Under the pieces are notes generated by a model that searched no databases, was not told where the DNA came from, and saw only the letters and a list, made by a program, of their open reading frames with translations. DNA of 64,000 bases from Chara braunii (taxonomy: Eukaryota; Plantae; Charophyceae). The translations under genes were made by a program, and so were the position numbers. The DNA is taken from contig BFEA01000015.1 of NCBI GenBank assembly GCA_003427395.1, positions 6,633,859 through 6,697,858 on the forward strand, given 5' to 3'. Shown one piece after another: positions 52,661 to 64,000 of the stretch (position 1 is the first letter of the stretch; each line of letters opens with the position of its first letter).

Positions 52661-53214
52661 AATGAAAAACAGAAAAGAAAGCATGAAATGGTTTTTATGA
52701 AAAACGTGAGGGAAAAAAAAAAAAAATCGTATGGCCTGCTGCCTGTTATGGAGAATAATCTTTAAGTTTAAACCGGTTTTATGATACGTGTAAGGGGCCT
52801 GGTTCTAGTCCGGCACAGAAACAGCCTTTTGAACGCTGACTCGAGGTATGGGCCTTCAGGGCATCCATTAGAAGCGGGAATGATACACAGAGGGAGAGAT
52901 GAAGATTAACATGGCCCCTGCACTGCGGAGGATGACACACAAAAATTGGGAAATGGTCCCAAGTTTTTGGTATGATCATATACCACAACTGATGCACCCG
53001 ATCCCATCTGAAACTGGAAGCTCAAGTCCCGTTGGGCTGCATGCAACACAGACAGGTATGTATTTCAACAGTTCATCGGTGTAGCAACTGAGCTCGGCCC
53101 GTCGGTTATTGGTCCAGTTTTTATGGATGGATGGATGTCCCGGAGGACGGTCGTGCCTTCTTTTCGGTTCATTAAAATTTCTCTAATGGCACTTGCGTAG
53201 ATTATAACCTTACA

Positions 53215-54011
53215 CAGGGTTGCCAGACCAAACGTACGGAGGCCCCTAAGCTGACCCCCGAACGTTCGGGCGTTCGGGTCCCCGTACGGGGCCCGAACCT
53301 GAAGGGGTTCGGACCCCGCAAAAAAATAGTTAGGCACCTAAATATTGTTATTTTTTTCTGAGTTTTTTTTTGTGAGTTCTTTGTGATGTAAGGTACCTCC
53401 CTGTAAATTTTGAAGCCATTCTGCTTAGCCAAAAAAAACATGAAAAATCGGCAAAGATGGTGGTGTCAAAACTTGCTTGCCCACTCAATAATTTGTTTGT
53501 TCTCTCTTTTCACTTTTTGTTTTTCCTTTATTTCGGGGCATGAACAAAATTATTATTTTTTCAAACTTTATTTGTAGATTCTCTATTATGTAATATACAC
53601 ATATATCAATTTTCATGGCATTTTTCACAGCCAAAAAAAAAATTAAAAATCGCCAAAGATGGCGGTGTCAAAAACGTGCTGGCCCACTCAATAATTTCAG
53701 TCTAGTTTTATTTTTTCTAATTGTCATTATTATTATTTATTTTTAGTATTTTATTTTTATTTAAAGTTTGGTAAAGAATTTGGATGTTACTTTGAGGCAA
53801 ATGTTGTTTAGTTTATTCTTCTGCATAACATATTTTTTTTTCAGATTTTTTGGATTTTTTTTTTTTTTTTTTTTTTTTCGGGGTCCGCGTTCGGCCGAAC
53901 GCCCGAACGCGTCGAGAGGGGGTGCCGAACGTTCGGGCGTTCGGGTTCGGGCGTTCGGGTTCGGGTGTTCGGGTTCGGGCGTTCGGCCCGTCCCGAACGC
54001 GGGCAACCCTG
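53215..54011. mobile_element. Non-autonomous hAT-type element, family A (797 bp)
   Basis: TIRs CAGGGTTGCC / GGCAACCCTG. Perfect 8-bp TSD ACCTTACA. Subterminal GTTCGG repeats. Confidence 0.92.
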
Positions 54012-54064
54012 ACCTTACAAAAAAAAAAAACTTACAAGGTAAACTTCAGTAAATCGTAAAGTAC

Positions 54065-54348
54065 CCAGGCTACCAGAGTGGCCAGGCGTCCCTTGATAGA
54101 CCAATGCAAAAATGAATGAAAAAATTTAAAAACATATACTTTTTTATTTTTTTATTTTTAATTTGGCAAAGAATTTCGATGTGGCACTGAGTCAAAAGTT
54201 GTTCAGTTTGTTTTTCTGCACAAGTTTTTGTTTTTCGAATTTTCTGTTTTTTTTCTTTTTTTCTTTTTTTCTAAGGGACCTTCCCTTGCCCATGCCCGAT
54301 GGGGCCGTCAGGGCAACCGAGGTTTAAAGGGCCCAGTAGGTAGCCCGG
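54065..54348. mobile_element. Non-autonomous hAT-type element, family B (284 bp)
   Basis: TIRs CCAGGCTACC / GGTAGCCCGG. Perfect 8-bp TSD TAAAGTAC. Confidence 0.85.
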
Positions 54349-56332
54349 TAAAGTACCATTAGAAGCGTGATTAATTGCAAGGAAAATGATCTTTTTTTTT
54401 TTTTTTTTTTTTTTTTTTTGGTCAAACCCCAGGTTGTTGTAGAGGTGGGATACTCTAGACAGATGAGAGTCACCCACAGTAATTGGCCTTTCCGCTGTCC
54501 AGATGAGCCTCCTTGACGACCTTCCCTTCCTCTCATCTTTTTGCCCTGGCGCAACCCCCATCCCCCCCTTGTCCTACCCTACCAAAGTGTTAACCACCCA
54601 GGACCATCACCCATCGCCATCTTGGCGGGCCGACCTGACTAGACAGCAGTTGCAGGCAAAATGATCTTAATATTTGGACCTGCAGTCGTTCCGAGGCACT
54701 TTTCTCCGGGGTGGGAAGCGACCTGCGTGCCAAAAAACACTTGCATAACTAACTGGCACGGGCTTCCTTTTGGCTGGCTTCGCCAGCCATTTTCCTCCGG
54801 AGGTCTAGCCCCGAACGTTGCGCCGGTCTACAAGCTCTGCTTATGTTGTTCATTGCCCGGGAAACGTACTGGTGGTTCAATATGTGTCCACATGCAGGTC
54901 CAACACACAAAGTCGTCAACTTGCGTAAGCAAACCCTCCAGTTGGCACAGGATCACGCGGAAGTCCGTCAATAATATTTTGTGTGATTATTACAAGGATG
55001 CTCGGCCACCGCCAGGAGACCACCACAATGTAAGGGATGCTGGACCAGGTTTCCAGCAGGTGCTGCTCCCCACCAATAGACGGAGCCGTCCTGGGGGTGC
55101 TAGCGGTGTCTGCTCACACCAGCACCTCTAGCACCGCCTGTTTTTTTGGTAAAAAAAAAAAAGAAAAAAAAAAGAGGATACTGGCGTCACGCGGGTCACG
55201 ACCTTTGTTTGCTTTTCGAGCTCTTTTTCTGCTGGTGAGGAGTTATCGGATGTAGGAGTCCCAGGGCGAGATCCGACTAACAAACTCGAAGAGTTTTAAA
55301 GCCACCAAGCCTGTATTGATCTGAGACTGTGCAGTGAGGCCAAAAAAAAAAGAGAGCCGCCGTGGCTTCGTGGGGGTGATTTTTTGGTCGTGGAGGCGTG
55401 ATTTTTTGTTTTCTTTTTGGCTGGCGGCACCGGCCAATTTTTTGGTCTAGAAGTATTATCCGTCCGAAGGCTCCACTGCTTGCAAACTCGGGGCATGCTC
55501 ACACTAGGACTATTTTGCTTATGAAAATGGATGTGATTGCAGCCAGATGCATCGAGGTCTGGTCGGAATTGAAGTCTGGATGCATTTTGGGAAGTGCTAG
55601 TGTGAGTATGCCCTCAGAGTCTTGTTTTGGGGGGCGAACGCAATCGTTTACTGTGCCGGTGGCGGTTAACGACGGAAGGGGAAGTCTCTTTGGTGGCAGG
55701 TTGAGGCTCAATGTCGGGAGAATTTGTGTTTCGTTTTTGATTGCAGATGATTTGCCCTTCGGGTATACTCACAGTAGGACCCTTTCGACAAGAGATCTGG
55801 ATGAGATCGCATCATCGCAGTAAGATGTATCTAGGTTTGGCCATAATTGAAGTCAGATGCATTTAATAAAGTTCTAGTGAGAGCATGGCCCAAGTACATT
55901 ATGAAAGAGTGAAATCCATTGTCTTTTTTTTTTTTTTTTTTTCACCCTCTGGATTAGGAGAAACGGTCTTGTAATAATATTTGTACTTTCCCCCTTCAAG
56001 AATTGCTTGGAACGCTGGCTGCAACATCATAGGGCTTCGCTCTCACTACTGACCGCAGGCACCAGCCGCAAAAAAAAAATGATGGTGCATCTTCCCATGT
56101 TCTAGCAGAAGATTCATTCTCTTTGTGCACATTTGGTGAGCAGTGGAATGGGTCCCATGTCCTCCAAAATTGTGAACTTTGACTTCTCTTGTCGAATATC
56201 TTATCCACTACACAAATATGCACACCTCAAATTAACAGTTTTTTTTTTGTTTTTAATTAACAGTTGAACAATTAAAGAATGTGGTAAACACATGGCAAGG
56301 TGTTTGCAATGTTTACTAAATACTTTTCCCCT

Positions 56333-56363
<31 letters not shown>

Positions 56364-56639
56364 CCATTTTAAACCACCACTACCTTTCCAAGCTGTAGTC
56401 CCATTTGGGAAAATGACCTCAACCACAAAGTTCAAGGGTACGGTGTAGGGCCGGTAGGAACACCAAAAAAAAAAAAAAAAGAGTGGGACCCCGCGGGCCC
56501 TCAGTGAGGCAAAAAAAAGAAAAGAAAAACTAGGAACGTTGAATCCAGCGACGTCGTGATAGGGGTCCTCAGGGACATGGAAGTTACACCGGTGCTTTGA
56601 GGAATGTATCTGGCCAGAATGCAAGGAACGTGAAATCAA

Positions 56640-57160
56640 TGCTTTGAGGAGTGTATCTGGGCAGAATGGAAGGAACGTTATTTTTTTTGTTTTCGTTTTT
56701 CTCGATTTTGTTTTTTCTTTTTTCTTTGTGCCTTGCCAGCGAGGCAGGGCGGTTTCCACGGGCGGCAGGTAACTGCCTCACTCACCACATACTAACATCA
56801 ACACTGTGGCGTTCTGTATTGGACCGCGATAGCGGCGTAAGGGAAGTTTCTTTATTTATTTTTTTCTTCATTTGTTTTCATAGGGGAAGGCACCCATGAA
56901 GATGCAAGTGATACCAGTGCTTTGAGGGATGTGTCGGGCTAGTATGTGGGGAACGTGATTTCTGCTGTTTCCATTTTTTTTTCCCTCTTTTTTTTTGTTT
57001 CTTTCTTGTGCCCTGCCAGTGAGGCAGGGCGGATTCCCAGGGGGGGCAGGTAACTGCCTCACCCACGACATACTAACATCAGCGCTGTGGCGTTCTGTAT
57101 AGGACCGCATTCAAGGCGGCATAAGGGAAGTTCCTTTTTTTTTTTTGTTCTTCATTTGGT
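56640..57160. repeat. ~280-300-bp local direct duplication
   Basis: gaggcagggcgg...ggcaggtaactgcctcac...catactaacatca...tgtggcgttctgtat occurs at ~56741 and ~57022. Confidence 0.75.
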
Positions 57161-57810
57161 ATGCCGAGGGACAGTCTCACCAGCACCTCATACAATGTAT
57201 CTGATGGCTACAACAGAAGTTTCTGTTTTTTTTTCTTTTTTCTTTTTTCTTTTCGCTTCTTTTCGAAGTAGCTGCCGTGAGTACCAGAAAAGAAAATACG
57301 ATGGGACCCAGGCTCGGTAGAACTCGGTGCGCAGTGAAAATCAGGATCGGCAAAAACAGGATTGGAGGTAGTGGTGTGTAAGGGGTGATGGTCCTGGGGG
57401 TGGTTTAAGGGGCGACGGTCATGAGATACCGTCATCGATGGCCTTGGGTTGGGTCATTCAGGATCGTAGTACTTCACTCGTCCAGGATCGCAGTACTTCA
57501 CTCGTCTGTTTGCAGTGAAGTTCGAACTGAGGTCTGTATTTCAACGGTTCAAAGGTGTTCCTACTGAGCTATAGGCCCCACTTGGTCCGTGTCAGATTTC
57601 CCTTATACACTTCCAGCATATCAAAGGGGCAGCAGCATTGATCCCGTCATCCTTGCACAGCTCGGTTTCACAGCTGCTGTTTCCTGTTGCGTAGGAAAAG
57701 GGCAGTTGGCAACTGAGGTAAGTGGACAAGTGAAAGGAGGGGAAGCTGACCGCTCATGAACAAACTTGAATAATGATTACGGGCAAAGACTTCCTCTAAT
57801 GCAGCAAAAG

Positions 57811-57880
57811 ATGACATTACATCAGTTGGTTAGGCATTCAAGTGCGCTGCAGGAGGTAGTGGGTTCAATCCCCACTGACC
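57811..57880 (+). pseudogene. tRNA-like sequence (pseudo-tRNA or tRNA-derived SINE head)
   Basis: A-box-like tcagttggttagg and a perfect T-arm GTGGG-TTCAATC-CCCAC. Acceptor and anticodon stems are not intact. Confidence 0.5.
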
Positions 57881-59424
57881 ACCTGGGTCACACACGGTGC
57901 GAATCAGTTGGCAGCCAGCACGGGTGTGAGTGTGTGTGTGTGTGTCTGTGTGGGAGAGTGTTGGCACTTAGACAGTGCTGTTACTTGGTAGGGGTCGGGG
58001 AAGAAGAAAAGGCAGGTGCAGATGCTTGGCCAAATGCTCGGTCTTTGTGTTAGCCGGGTGCCCACTGGTGGCCCTGCGCTACTCTCTGACCCCCGCAGTT
58101 CGGGCTGGGGGCCAACATGCCATCCGCTTCATTGTGAGAGGCAAGTACTAGGCTTGAAGGGGTCGCTTGTATATAGCCTCACGAGTAGTGGTTGGTAGGT
58201 AGTGAACGGTGAGTTTGAGAACCGTCGCCACTATCCACTTTGCTAATTGTAACCTCGTTGATTTCCTAATATGTGCATGCCGTGAAACAATTGGCCGTGT
58301 AGAATGCAGTTTGTGAGCCGCATCACTACACCCTCAGGCCGCAGAAATTCCACTGCACCTCCATCTAACGGAATGATATTTTGACTGTCAAAGGCCCTCT
58401 CCCATCGAGAGGGGGTCCGTCGAAAACTTGCTTGTTCTGGTGCCTAGGCTTCAAAGGGATCTGCATAGCTGACAAAGGCAAGACTCTGATGTTTTCTGTT
58501 ATTTTAAACCACCAGTACTTGGCCCAGCTATCGATGCCGAGCCTCGAATGCCCCTGCGTGCTGATTTTTGCCGAAGCGCCGGGGTACCATTGCGAGTCAA
58601 CATCTAACTTTGCCGACCTCAGTGTGGGTGAGCCACAAGCAGCATAACTGAGGCGAGTTCTCCGTAGTGCTCGTGACCTGTATGACAACCAGAAATTCAG
58701 AGTTTGCACGCCTGACGGCCGCCGAAGGAATGTGCGCACTCAATCATCATCATTCACAACATCATGCATCTGCCTCTCACCCTTTGTAAACTCAGGCTAG
58801 TCGGAGCTTACACCTCTCTGGAGAGGCTCAATTCTATAAGGTATCTATTTGACACTAGTGAGCGAAGAGTGAAGGGCATTCCGGTGCTTCTGGTGGCCAT
58901 AGCGGGTTAGTCTCAAATTCCATTTGCAGGCTGCACATACTAGCCGAGCGAAATCATATGATGGGAATTGTGTTTAATAAAGTTTCTGGCATAAGTGGTT
59001 TATCTTGCTTTGCAAGCACTCCATACGTGATATCCTTTTTAAACTACTGTAAGTTGTGGTTGCTGGCACCAGCTAACAGGAAGTTTGCACCGGTTCTTTT
59101 TTCCTTTTTTGGCACAGAGGGCAATTTTTGGGTCAGCAAGGGAAGCATCAAAGGTACTGGCGGTTTAAACAACCAGTACCCCGCTGGGCTATCAAGTTCA
59201 ACTCTAAATTAGCCCTGCGCAAGCAAAAAAAACAAAAGTGGGCAGGGGCTTGCTTTTGGTGGGCATTGCCAGCCATTTCAGTTTGGTACGCGGATGTATA
59301 GATTTTTTAGCTGGGTGGGGTACTGGTGGTTGGACAGGGAGCTTGAATACTCGTTGAACCACCAAGCCATCGGAAGCTAAATTGACAAACCAGAAAATGT
59401 ATTTTGTGGCCGTGAAAGTGATTA

Positions 59425-59529
59425 TTGTCTTCACCCGAATAGAACGCCTGTTTATTATTGTTCTATCTAGACCAATACTTGGACAAAATATAATTAAAAT
59501 GATCAGGCGTTCTATTCGGGTGAAGATGG
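59425..59529. mobile_element. Tc1/mariner-type MITE copy
   Basis: TA|TTGTCTTCACCCGAATAGAACGCCTG...CAGGCGTTCTATTCGGGTGAAGATGG|TA. Confidence 0.75.
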
Positions 59530-60359
59530 TAGTACCAGTAAAGGGGAAAACCAACAGAGAACATGTATTGATATCTATATTCTTGGAAGTTTTGGGCCTT
59601 GTGAAAACCGTTCTAGGGAACAAAGCTATTTTTCATACGCTGCTCTATCGATAGTGTACCAAATTTATCACTGTACATGAAAATGGGACACCACTAACTT
59701 TGAAGGGACTAGCGGCTTAAACCACGAGTGGGACCTCTGTTTTCCAAAAACTTTTAGCACTATGTATGGCCACACTTTTAATGAATTGACCTGACCCAGA
59801 CAGTGAAATTTGTTTGACTTGAAAAACAATGTTAGTGGACCTGCCGCAGTCCCTCTTCCTCCATTGCCGTGGTCGTCACCGTGCTCATGACCGTCGCTGC
59901 CATCATCATTAGGATCACTCCTTCCTCCTCTGCGTCCATCCTCGATCCTCCTCCAGACATCATCATTTTTGTCCGACTCCTCCCCCTCACCCGACCTCGT
60001 CTCCCTTGTGCGACCTCCTGCTCCCCCTCCTGCGACCTCCTCCTCCTCCTCTTTCCACCTTCTTCTACCCCTCCGTTGGCCCCTCCCCACCCTCATGCGA
60101 CCTCCTCCTTTCCCACGTGCGACCTCCTCCCCCTTGCTTGACCTCCTCCCTCTTGCACGACTACCTCCTCCCCCTCACGCGTCCTCTTCCCACCTTCTCA
60201 TCCCCCTTCCCCTCACGACCACCTCCTTACACGACCTCTTCTTCTCCCTCTGACGTCCTCTTCCAACCTCCTCTCCCTCGTACGACCTCCTCTAGACTCT
60301 TTTGGCGTCCTCCACTTGGATGATGTCCTCCTCCCCCTCAACTTCTTCCTCTCGTCTGA

Positions 60360-60399
<40 letters not shown>

Positions 60400-60667
60400 G
60401 TATGAGAGAGAGAGCTCACAGTGATTGTTCCCTTTCGCACGTCCTCTTTCGACCTCCTCCAAACTCTCTTCCGACCTCCTCCTCCACTTGTACGATGTCC
60501 TCCTCCCCCTTGTAACCTCCTCCATCCCCTATTCCGACCTCCTCCTCCCACTTGCACAACCTTCTCCTCCCCCGCACGCGACCTTCTCCTCCTACTCTCC
60601 AAACGGCGCCCGAATAGAAGCACGCTAAAAACTCGCGGCCCCCACATCCTCACCGTCACTCACATAT

Positions 60668-60803
<136 letters not shown>

Positions 60804-61248
60804 CAGCAATGCACGTAGAGAGATAGAGAGAGGCATAGATAGAGAGAGGCTACTTCCATCGATAGGAGCAACATCGGAATGAATCTTCCAATGGATAATG
60901 AAAATATACACTGCTATCCAGCCATGCCTGCAGAGAGATAAAGAGAGGCTCCTTGCATCGATGGGATGATCAAATTGGAATGAATCTTTAGTAAGAGTAT
61001 AATCGGAATGAATCTTCTGCTAGAACATGTAAACATACATTACCATTTTATTTTTTTATTTTTTTTTGTGAGAGAGACACAGAGAGAGAGAGGGAGAGAG
61101 AACAGGGAAGTCTCCAGCCTCACGGCTGGCCGCATGCTACTTCCATCAATAGGATTAGCAAAATCGAATGTATGAATCTTCTGCTAGAACATGGAAATGT
61201 ACACTGCCACACTTATAGAAACTCATTCCCTTACATTTGCAGCGTCCC

Positions 61249-61311
<63 letters not shown>

Positions 61312-62520
61312 AGAGATAGAGAGAAAAAAAAAAACTCATGACGCTCGTTCCCGACACTGGACGTAACCCCACCCCGCGATGTTCCACCGTAACGCTTCCA
61401 GTGTCGAACTCGCTCGGCATGGGCGAGTAAAGCACTATAAAGGTCGGTGCAAGTCTGCTGCTGCGCATGTGCTACGCGCCCTCAGTGTCAATGCCTTGTC
61501 TCACCATAAGGTTGTCTTTTAGGGCGCCAGGAGTTCATCATAGTTGCCATCGCTATACGGGTGCGCTATCTGGTCAGGTGTCTCCATCGCTAGCATTATA
61601 GGCGAATGCTCACCAATCTTTTTGCGGCGTCATCCACGTCATGTAACACTCATTCGCTATCCTTTTGAGAAGGGGCGAGGTCGATCCGCAACGCATGGTG
61701 CCACGTTGATAGTCGCAGTTGAAAAGGCGGCACTTTTGTGACAGTAACTGCAACCAATGTTGCAGCATCGCTGTAAAGGTGAAATTATTTCATTGTTGGC
61801 TTGACTCATCTCGAATATGTTTGATTGTTTGCAATAGAGGTAGTGTTGCTTTGATTTTTAATCTACGCATATCGGTTGAACAACATTTATCGTGGTGAGC
61901 ATTTACAATACTCTCCCTTTGACATGCACACACATGCATCCCTCAGAGGGGTGTAAAGGGATCAGTATTACGTCAAGGTCTTTATTTTGTTTTTCTTCTT
62001 GCTAGTTTCGAATTGGAGAGGACCGTCAACCAAGATATATCCCTTTTTGCAATATGTGTATTTATTTATTTATTTTTATTTTTATTTTGTGATGTTAACC
62101 GGGTTTGGATAAACCCATGTTTGGATAGATGGCCAGACGGGTGTTCGATCGGACATCTCGAATAACCAAGAGGGCCGCGAACATCCACCCTGATAACGTA
62201 AGTTTAGATATACAATTTGAACCTTTGAACAAAATTTCGGCGACATTTATTAAACCAAGAGTTCCTTTGCGATTGTGAAATTTGCAATATGGCACGTAAT
62301 GGTTTAAGGACATGTATGACTTTGTGAAGCTGGCTGTTCAAAAAAAAAAAAAAGAATTATAATTTATAAAATTTTTTGCTTATAAAATATACCAAATAAA
62401 TTAACAAAAAAACATATTCATAAATTTTGTATTAAATCTTTCTTTGTCACAAAACAGTAATAATACTTTGTACTTCTACAAAAGAAGAAGAAATTTTACC
62501 GAGAAGTTGATAGACTTTGT

Positions 62521-62620
62521 TAGGGTTGCCGGCGTTCGGGACGGGCCAAATGCCCGAACCTGAACATTTGACCGTTCGGCACCCCCTCTCGACGCATTCG
62601 GCTGTTCGACCGAATGCGGA

Positions 62621-62655
<35 letters not shown>

Positions 62656-63281
62656 CAAAAAATATGAAAAAAACTATATGTTATGAAGAAGAATAAACTT
62701 AACAACATTTGCCCCATCATTACATCCAAATTCTTTACCAAAGTTGAAATACAAATCAAATGTTAAAAAAAATAATAATAATGAAAATAAAAAAAATGAA
62801 AATGAAAATGAAATGATTGAGTCGGCGAGCACGTTTTGGACACCGTGGATATATATATATTTGTTTTGGCTGCGACAAATACCATGCAAATTTATATATG
62901 TGTATATCTTACATATAACATAGAATGTCCAAATAAAGTTTGAAAAAATAATAATTTTTTAATGCACTGAAATAAAGGAAAAATGAAAAGTGAGAAGAGA
63001 AAAAAAACAAATTAGTGAGTGGGCAAGCAAGTTTTGACACCACCATCTTTCCCAATTTTTCATTTTTGTTTTGCTCAACAAAATGGCTTCACACTTAAAA
63101 GGGAAATACTTTACATCACAAAGAGATCACAAAAAAACCTTCAGAAAAGCAAAATAATATTTAGGTGCGAAAATATTTTTTTGTGAAATCCGAACCCCTT
63201 CGGGCCTCGTACGAGGATCCGGACGTTTGAACGTTCGGGGGTCAGCTTAGGGGCCTCCGTACGTTCGGCCTAACAACCCTA
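62521..63281. mobile_element. Non-autonomous hAT-type element, family A, inverted relative to 53215-54011
   Basis: TIRs TAGGGTTG / CAACCCTA. TSD gactttgt / cactttgt (7/8). Collinear reverse complement of the 53.2-kb copy. Confidence 0.88.
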
Positions 63282-64000
63282 CACTTTGTCATATTTTGTT
63301 TTTATTTTTTTCGGCTTCGCTGCAAACAACAGGTTTACATCATTTTCACAAAATAACTTAAGTGTTATCTTGCATTCTAAGCAGCATGATAAATAACTAT
63401 CTTAATACCGAATGCAAATGTTTCTATGGAAAACCAGCAGAATTGTATGAGACGAGGGGTTCTTTTATGATATATAAAGTCACACATTCTCAAAATGCTG
63501 TACTTTTTTTAATTTATTACCACAAATAAAGACATCGTGTAGAAACTTTTAGTGAGTTCATCCGATAGATTATAAATAATAATACGTCAATCTATACTAG
63601 AGTAAAAAAAAAAGTTTAAAATTACAATTTGAGAGAAAAGAGAATCGCAAATTGCACTTCAAGCAATGTATAGAAGCCAACTTTCTAATCACGTAAGGTG
63701 TCATAGGGCTGTTTTTGTGATTGTACTAAAGTTACCCCTTATGAAAATTTTCTCTATATTATTAAAAACTGCAAGGGCCCAACGAAATTCGGTGTTGTGT
63801 GACAGACCCACAATGCGGCCCGAGTGAGGTCCCCACGCAGTGCAGGAGTGAAGGGCGTGTGCTGGAAACGTTGTGGGTTTCCGCGGGCGTCCTGGGCCAA
63901 GTAGGAGCTGATGCGGGGAGTGAGCAAATAGTTCACACAGGGTTTTTTCAAGGTACTGCTGCCAACCGTTAGTGCAGCAAATAATGCAATTACCACTGTT

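Noticed and set aside
54560-59400. Possible degraded coding or TE fragments
   Set aside because: No conserved motif in the frames I checked; needs tBLASTx or HMM searches.
58853-59836. CACTA element (CACTAGTG start, recurring GTACTGGTGGTT motifs)
   Set aside because: No matching TIR pair with a 3-bp TSD could be found.
63754-64000. 80-aa minus-strand ORF at the window edge
   Set aside because: Truncated by the window and no recognisable homology.

Overview
Eukaryotic, repeat-rich genomic DNA with N gaps, microsatellites and very long introns. The style suggests a streptophyte alga such as Chara; this is inference only. (1) 3453-29283 is one ~25.8-kb Ty3/Gypsy LTR retrotransposon on the minus strand. 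It has ~7.1-kb LTRs (TGTCG...CGACA), a 4-bp TSD (GCGG), an 18-nt tRNA-Asp PBS and a decayed gag-PR-RT-RH-INT. In the position where env would sit, it carries a ~960-codon decayed ORF that looks like a SECOND Gag: tandem capsid-like modules, a CCHC knuckle and a post-knuckle motif shared with Gag1. A consensus-like splice acceptor lies just upstream of this ORF. Each LTR also holds an array of 11 stem-loops with a conserved ATCTTA hexaloop on variable but still pairing stems. (2) The only host gene I can support is RBX1 (RING-box protein 1, 112 aa), with five exons over 33743-51145 and four phase-1 introns. (3) The remainder is hAT-type MITEs (8-bp TSDs), Tc1/mariner-type MITEs (TA), a tRNA-like SINE head, tandem repeats and simple repeats. 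The best candidate novel system is the two-Gag, hairpin-array retrotransposon.
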